Origin: a virus
Lineage: Duplodnaviria > Caudoviricetes
Length of the DNA: 64,000 nucleotides
Strand: one strand, 5' to 3'
IMG/VR virus record: IMGVR_UViG_2645727839_000001
Coordinates: 51,469-115,468 of that record
Under the pieces are notes generated by a model. That model made no database searches and was not told the origin of the DNA. It was given only the letters and a program-made list of their open reading frames with translations. Below, piece by piece: positions 59,040 to 64,000 of this stretch (position 1 is the first letter of the stretch; each line of letters starts with the position of its first letter). The position numbers and the translations under genes are program-made.

Positions 59040-59056
59040 TTTTCATGCCTTTTGTT

Positions 59057-59102
59057 AATTAAGCGGTGACTTACTAAGTATACACTAAGTCACTGGTGAC
59101 TG
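59057..59102. promoter_or_regulatory. pair of 16-bp operator-like sites bracketing TATACT
   Basis: AATTAAGCGGTGACTT (59057) and AAGTCACTGGTGACTG (59087). Confidence 0.65.
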
Positions 59103-59108
59103 AACAAA

Positions 59109-62100
59109 TCAACTTTGTTTATGCAGATGAAGTCCTAGACCTATGTTACGCAGCTTGCCCGGAGCTCTCATCTCCCGAACACACTTCTTAGTAACACCTG
59201 AGCCAGCAAGCCGAACCCTAAGCACTCGAGTAGTCCCTACTTGAGAGATGCAAACTAACGCAAAGTCACCCTGATTTGGATAGAAGTTCTCGATAATCAA
59301 ATCCAACTCACCTGCCTCTCGAGCGATGAAGCGACGATCTCGAGGGCTAAAGATAAATTGAACCGTGTTATCCCCTTCTGTCTCTAGGAATCCACACACA
59401 CCACCATGCGAACGCTCAAACAGTGCTTTAGGGAATAAAGCCCAAAATGCTACCGACCATTCCTCATCTTGAGTGATTGGCCACTTAACGTAGGTAGTCG
59501 GGTCCACTAGAACGCCTTTGTCATAACGAGCTGGCGAATAGGTAACATCTGTGTCCGATTCCGGTAGCGGTTCTGTGTGAGTCAAAATACCTTTCAAATC
59601 CTCATTAAGAGGAAATAGGTACTTAGTGCCGGGGAAAACATCATCAGTTTTGGTCTTCATCGAGATGTACGACTTGAAACTAACCATCTCTGGATCACCC
59701 GAGCCAGCCCAAGGCATTTTTGCAGGCTCACTTACCCAAGGAAACCTAGCGTCTTTCCACTCAAGTTCATTCTTAACCAATACCCCGACTTTCAGACCAA
59801 CCGCATTACGAGCACGAATCTTACCTAGCCCTTTGGGGATCGTTAACCGAGCTGTGTATTCGGCATAAGCTACGTCATCAATCATCTGAATTGGGTTTGC
59901 ACCCTCACAGTTCAGTTTGATACCGTCAGCTTTGAACGAACCATCTGGCTGTTTGCCGTGATAGACCTCATAAACCATATTGCGGTCTTCAAGGTTAGCT
60001 ACCTCAGTGGTAGAGAAAACGGACTCTTCCGAATCAAGACCTACCAAATCTACTGCTTTAATCCAAAAAGTACGAACACCCGGTACTGTTGCAGGTAGCT
60101 CAAACGAAGTACCCGAAATAGAACCAACCAGAACTGAGTTACTCCAGTTATCACCCTCACGTAGCCAGAAGTTATTCACTGTACGATCATCAGGGCGATC
60201 CCACTGAAACAAGATCTTGTCGATGTGCTGTACAGAGGTGAAGTTCTTCACTCGTTCAGGTCGAATCAGACCAATAGCTACTTTGGCAGGGTGCAGAGAT
60301 AAGTTGCCACTCGTATCGATGGCTCGAATTTGGTAGACGTACTCACCCGGCTCTTTGATAGGTACAAAGAGAATCGTAGAACCTAAGTTCTCCGCAATGA
60401 TTTCCCCTTTATCCCAAGATGAACCTTGTCGAATCTCATAACCATCAATATCAAGCTCTGGGTTTGAGTCCCAAGTAAGCTTGATACCGCCTACTTCCTT
60501 ATCGATTGCGAAGTTAACAACATCGGCAGGTGGAGCCGTCTTACCAAGTACTAGGTATTTATGCTCAGTTACGTTATTGATACCCATCGACAAGCCCGAG
60601 CTGTCTACAGGTACTAAACGGATTCTGAGTTGAGCGTTATCCTCAGACTCAAAACTCACCTGACTACGGTTTGAGTTAATCGATTCGAACTCGCCACCGT
60701 TTGAAGCCACATAGACTCGAGTGGTTTGATACCGGTTGCTTTGGTTTACATAGTTAATGGTTACTTTTGGACGTAAGTTTTTACCAATGCGAACCAGTGT
60801 TTCGTTGATCTCACTTAACTCTGTTTCTTTTAGAATGCCTAAGTCAGATTCATCACCACCTGGTGTAAACGGAATATCCTTATCGTAGATAGACTCGTTG
60901 TACTCAATGGCGCGAATGGTACGAACGTGATCGGTGTTGAAGTCGATACCCATAATGCGGAATCGCTTCTTCATTTTGTTTATCTTGCCCGTCATAAACT
61001 GAGCATAGGGATCGGGATCAAACCCAAACTCTTCTGTTACGGTAACGCTCTCACCGTTTACACCTGCGATTAAACGCTCTTCGAAGATTTCGGTTTCCCA
61101 AAGCTCACAAACCTCGCCCGAATAAATTGGGTCGAATACATGATCGACGGTAACTTCTGACTCTGTAGCACTCGTCTTGCGAATTCCCACAACGTCGTAA
61201 TCTCTGCCGCTAATTACAACCCTAGTAATGTTTAAACCCGCTGCGTTCATTCGAATACGGAATGTATTTCCAGATACTCGAATAATCGGAGCTTCACCGC
61301 GTTTCTGCGCTGACTTGTGCAAGAGGATATTGGTTGGTGTCTCACCACTCATAGCTTCCGAGATGTCGTAGTCCAACAAGATTTCAGAGCGAGTACTGCC
61401 AGCTCGAATTCGGCCAGAGTAACCCCACTGAGGCATATCATGTTGAACATAGATTACCGAACCAATCGTACAAGCAATGGCGTCAACGTGAGCATCAAAG
61501 GCAACCGTCTGTTGAATGTATTTGTTGACGTTCATTGCCAACAAACCCTCATAGAACGCCTTTTCTTCCTCTACACAACCAATCAATGTCATTGCCATTG
61601 GACGCTGTAATTCGCCTCGAGCTAATGAATCCTCATCGTAGACCTTGACTGTGCGCTGTTGGTTTCGAAACTTCTTATCAAAGTAAGTAACCTCAATCTC
61701 ATTAGCTCGGTCATTCACAGACAGCCAATCAATTGAAAAAGAATCTCGAATGATATTGGCATTACTGAACATCATCACTGGCACATCTGGCTTCTCTACT
61801 GATACCGAAATCTTGGTACCAACAGAAACCATCTTGGCGTGTCCAGCGCGAAAGACCGGTTCCAAAGAATCAAACAGGTTTGAGTCGGCATCAAGAACAC
61901 CATCAAACGTTAGTTCTTGGTCTTCACACCATGCCGCCCACTCTTTAAATTTTCTTAATTGGATGAAGTCATCTTTAATGCCACCACCATAGCGGGCATT
62001 GGACAAAACGTCATAGACAATCCAAGCTGGGTTATTCGACGACTTACGGACCCACTTCTTCCCATCCCACACTTTGATTTTGATACCTTTGTGCAGGAAC

Positions 62101-63344
62101 GTAATCTTTGGTTGGTTGTTCAATTGGTCAGTAAGCTTGATGCGAATACCCAAAAGAGCTGTATGTTGATAGCGAACCTTTTCAACCAAGATTTCGTTTA
62201 CGTCCGAAATGCTTACCGTGTCGTGAATGTAATCACTCGTCGATTCTTCGGTTGTTCTTCGCACTCGAACTTCGGTCATCTGTTCAAACAACAGGTCAGA
62301 TTTTACCGACCTACGCAGCGTTGAACCGGTTTTACCTTTTACTCGGAACGAGCTGTAAGTTGTATTGCCTCGGTCATCAATCCAAGGAAGCAAGTTCCAA
62401 TTCTCTTCCGGTTTGTTATTCGGGTCGTAAGCTCGGTACTGCATCTCAAAAGACACTTCGACCTCGTAACGATCGCCGTTTTCCTCATTGATCCCTGATA
62501 GGCCGGATGGGAAAACAAAGTCGAGTCGAACCTTATCGATTTCATCTCGAGTGGTATAAGTCGTCCACTCTTTCGATACCTTTGAGCCCATCGAATAAGG
62601 CTTAACAATCTCACCGAACCAACCAATGATTTTTTGGTCTGCTGAGCCATCTCGTACTTGATAGTTAACCTCTGAGAAGTTCTCAACGGGTTGGTCGTTA
62701 ATAAGAATGCTCTCGATACCTGCAATCTCACCCTCACCTGCGTTAACAAGCGTGTAGAGGTACTGAGTCTCGTTTATGTTCTCAGTAAATGTCGAGATGA
62801 CATTGCCAGCCACTCGATAGTTACCGTAAACCAAAGGAACAGGCAGACCTTCTTGAGAGGTATTTTTGGCGCCATCTAAACCGTAAGTAGGGCTATCTTT
62901 TAAGTCGTTCGAACCTGCATTGGTTGGAACGGCTGGTGGTAGAATTTCATTAATGATTGCTACACCACCAATAAACGCAGCACTGGACGCGGCAAACTGC
63001 ATACCAGAGCTTAGACCTGCTCCTGCAAAGACTGAACCTGCACCCATTGTGAAATAACTAAGAGCAACGACAGCAACGAATCGAAGAATGCCTTTACCAC
63101 CACCGTCTCCACCAAAAGGAATTGGGCTGACAATGATGTGATCATCTTGTCTAAGGAAGATTGACTTGTAATCTTCCTCTTCAACTAGCTCACCATTGAG
63201 TGAAACAATGTACTCACCCTTTAGGTCGCCCAGATAACCCGCAAGCGTCTGTCCCTCAATAACTGGCAGAAAATCTTTAATAGGATTTTTAGCAGGTTCA
63301 AACGGGTTCGTAATGATGGTTAGGTTTACGCTATTAGCCAACAT
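59109..63344 (-). CDS. tail tip / host specificity protein (gpI-gpJ-like fusion)
   Basis: ubiquitin-like N-terminus, PVPLVYG, GEGEI, NPAWI.YD.L...RYG, FN3 repeats. Confidence 0.9.
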   Translation of the reverse strand: MLANSVNLTIITNPFEPAKNPIKDFLPVIEGQTLAGYLGDLKGEYIVSLNGELVEEEDYKSIFLRQDDHIIVSPIPFGGDGGGKGILRFVAVVALSYFTMGAGSVFAGAGLSSGMQFAASSAAFIGGVAIINEILPPAVPTNAGSNDLKDSPTYGLDGAKNTSQEGLPVPLVYGNYRVAGNVISTFTENINETQYLYTLVNAGEGEIAGIESILINDQPVENFSEVNYQVRDGSADQKIIGWFGEIVKPYSMGSKVSKEWTTYTTRDEIDKVRLDFVFPSGLSGINEENGDRYEVEVSFEMQYRAYDPNNKPEENWNLLPWIDDRGNTTYSSFRVKGKTGSTLRRSVKSDLLFEQMTEVRVRRTTEESTSDYIHDTVSISDVNEILVEKVRYQHTALLGIRIKLTDQLNNQPKITFLHKGIKIKVWDGKKWVRKSSNNPAWIVYDVLSNARYGGGIKDDFIQLRKFKEWAAWCEDQELTFDGVLDADSNLFDSLEPVFRAGHAKMVSVGTKISVSVEKPDVPVMMFSNANIIRDSFSIDWLSVNDRANEIEVTYFDKKFRNQQRTVKVYDEDSLARGELQRPMAMTLIGCVEEEKAFYEGLLAMNVNKYIQQTVAFDAHVDAIACTIGSVIYVQHDMPQWGYSGRIRAGSTRSEILLDYDISEAMSGETPTNILLHKSAQKRGEAPIIRVSGNTFRIRMNAAGLNITRVVISGRDYDVVGIRKTSATESEVTVDHVFDPIYSGEVCELWETEIFEERLIAGVNGESVTVTEEFGFDPDPYAQFMTGKINKMKKRFRIMGIDFNTDHVRTIRAIEYNESIYDKDIPFTPGGDESDLGILKETELSEINETLVRIGKNLRPKVTINYVNQSNRYQTTRVYVASNGGEFESINSNRSQVSFESEDNAQLRIRLVPVDSSGLSMGINNVTEHKYLVLGKTAPPADVVNFAIDKEVGGIKLTWDSNPELDIDGYEIRQGSSWDKGEIIAENLGSTILFVPIKEPGEYVYQIRAIDTSGNLSLHPAKVAIGLIRPERVKNFTSVQHIDKILFQWDRPDDRTVNNFWLREGDNWSNSVLVGSISGTSFELPATVPGVRTFWIKAVDLVGLDSEESVFSTTEVANLEDRNMVYEVYHGKQPDGSFKADGIKLNCEGANPIQMIDDVAYAEYTARLTIPKGLGKIRARNAVGLKVGVLVKNELEWKDARFPWVSEPAKMPWAGSGDPEMVSFKSYISMKTKTDDVFPGTKYLFPLNEDLKGILTHTEPLPESDTDVTYSPARYDKGVLVDPTTYVKWPITQDEEWSVAFWALFPKALFERSHGGVCGFLETEGDNTVQFIFSPRDRRFIAREAGELDLIIENFYPNQGDFALVCISQVGTTRVLRVRLAGSGVTKKCVREMRAPGKLRNIGLGLHLHKQS

Positions 63345-63726
63345 ACTCGTAAACTCCCAACATTCTTCTTTCCCACGTAGAAAGGTCTTCGATAACAACG
63401 CCACCTGACATTTCCCAAGTGTGAGCAAAGCGACCATCACCAAGTAGATAACCCACATGAAGATGACGAGCTGTTCTGAATAGCGCGACCATTCCCTCTG
63501 TGCGCTTCTCTGTGCGCTCCCAAGAGTTCATCTCGCTAGTGATGAAAGAATTCACTAAACGCTTGTCAGAGGGTGTGTAGTAATCGGGAATAGAGATGCC
63601 GCGCTCTTCGCAAAGAAATTTGACGAGCCCGTAGCAATCAAGCTTCCATTTGTGATTACGCCCACCCCAACCAAACGGCACACCAATGAGGTTATGCTCT
63701 TCAATCAGTTCATAGCTTTTATTCAT
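63334..63726 (-). CDS. NlpC/P60 tail-associated protein (gpK-like)
   Basis: G.PF.WGGR..LDCYGLV, HVG..LG..F.H. Confidence 0.9.
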   Translation of the reverse strand: MNKSYELIEEHNLIGVPFGWGGRNHKWKLDCYGLVKFLCEERGISIPDYYTPSDKRLVNSFITSEMNSWERTEKRTEGMVALFRTARHLHVGYLLGDGRFAHTWEMSGGVVIEDLSTWERRMLGVYEYVG

Positions 63727-63733
63727 ACATGCC

Positions 63734-64000
63734 TCATTGATTAGTAATGCCAGGGAAACCGCCAAAGTTCCCCTCGTTGTCATGAGCGGTACAGCCATTC
63801 AAACCTTGAAGGCTTAAGTCGCAGTACTTTTGTGCTCCCGTATAACCGCACTCTTTGCTCTTATATCTCCAACAGCAACGGTTTCTCATCTGCCTACGCC
63901 TTGGGGTTCGAACTCGTAATAAGTCCATTGCCCCTAGCGTCCATGACACTTCGTAATTCTTCGCTGACGCACCGGTTACTTGGAATGTTTCCAAAATATC
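63734..64000 (-). CDS. minor tail protein L-like, C-terminal part
   Basis: C.WRYK..ECGY.G..CD.....C..H.N..NFGGFPG. Confidence 0.85.
   Translation of the reverse strand, partial: DILETFQVTGASAKNYEVSWTLGAMDLLRVRTPRRRQMRNRCCWRYKSKECGYTGAQKYCDLSLQGLNGCTAHDNEGNFGGFPGITNQ

Larger units (their letters stand above)
1..64000. mobile_element. Phage-plasmid / large temperate siphovirus-type genome segment (SSU5/pHCM2-like organisation)
   Basis: parAB, own DnaE/primase/helicase/ligase/RecA/SbcCD, CobST, endolysin and lambda-like tail genes; no host housekeeping synteny. Confidence 0.9.

Noticed and set aside
1331-59102. CRISPR array or REP/MITE family from the recurring palindrome
   Set aside because: Copies are dispersed, short and promoter-associated, with no regular spacers, cas genes or target duplications
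28-62879. Many short opposite-strand or nested ORFs in the track (e.g. 8714-9217, 18715-19089, 51984-52310)
   Set aside because: They are shadows of long genes with recognisable motifs and lack RBS or domain support
1-64000. tRNA, rRNA or Qrr-like sRNA genes
   Set aside because: No cloverleaf or Qrr core sequence recognised by eye; tRNAscan and Infernal were not run

Overview
This is a 64 kb segment of a large temperate phage-plasmid resembling the SSU5/pHCM2 type in gene content. The host is probably Vibrionaceae, judged from Vibrio-type nagE and aphA homologues. Positions 1-36.5 kb hold recombination and replication genes (RuvC-like, SbcCD, RecA, 5' exonuclease, gp32-like SSB, UvsY-like, DnaE, CobS/CobT, ligase, primase, DnaB). 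The same region has an XRE repressor with parAB on the + strand and a host-derived cargo island (MoaR/MoaF-like, Maa, NagE). Positions 36.5-41.7 kb hold regulators (XRE, AphA-like), morons and lysis genes. Positions 42-64 kb are a lambda-like tail tip and fibre module. The main candidate novel system is a six-enzyme cluster interleaved with the tail-fibre genes: 2 QueC-like proteins, 3 degenerate NAMPT-like phosphoribosyltransferases and 1 RlmN-like radical SAM enzyme. Other highlights are about 22 copies of a 16-bp palindromic intergenic site (AAGTCACTAGTGACTT), phage-encoded Hfq-like and AphA-like regulators, a shared ACACAAAGAG leader motif, and parS-like repeats inside parB. All homology calls come from motif recognition by eye. 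No searches were run.
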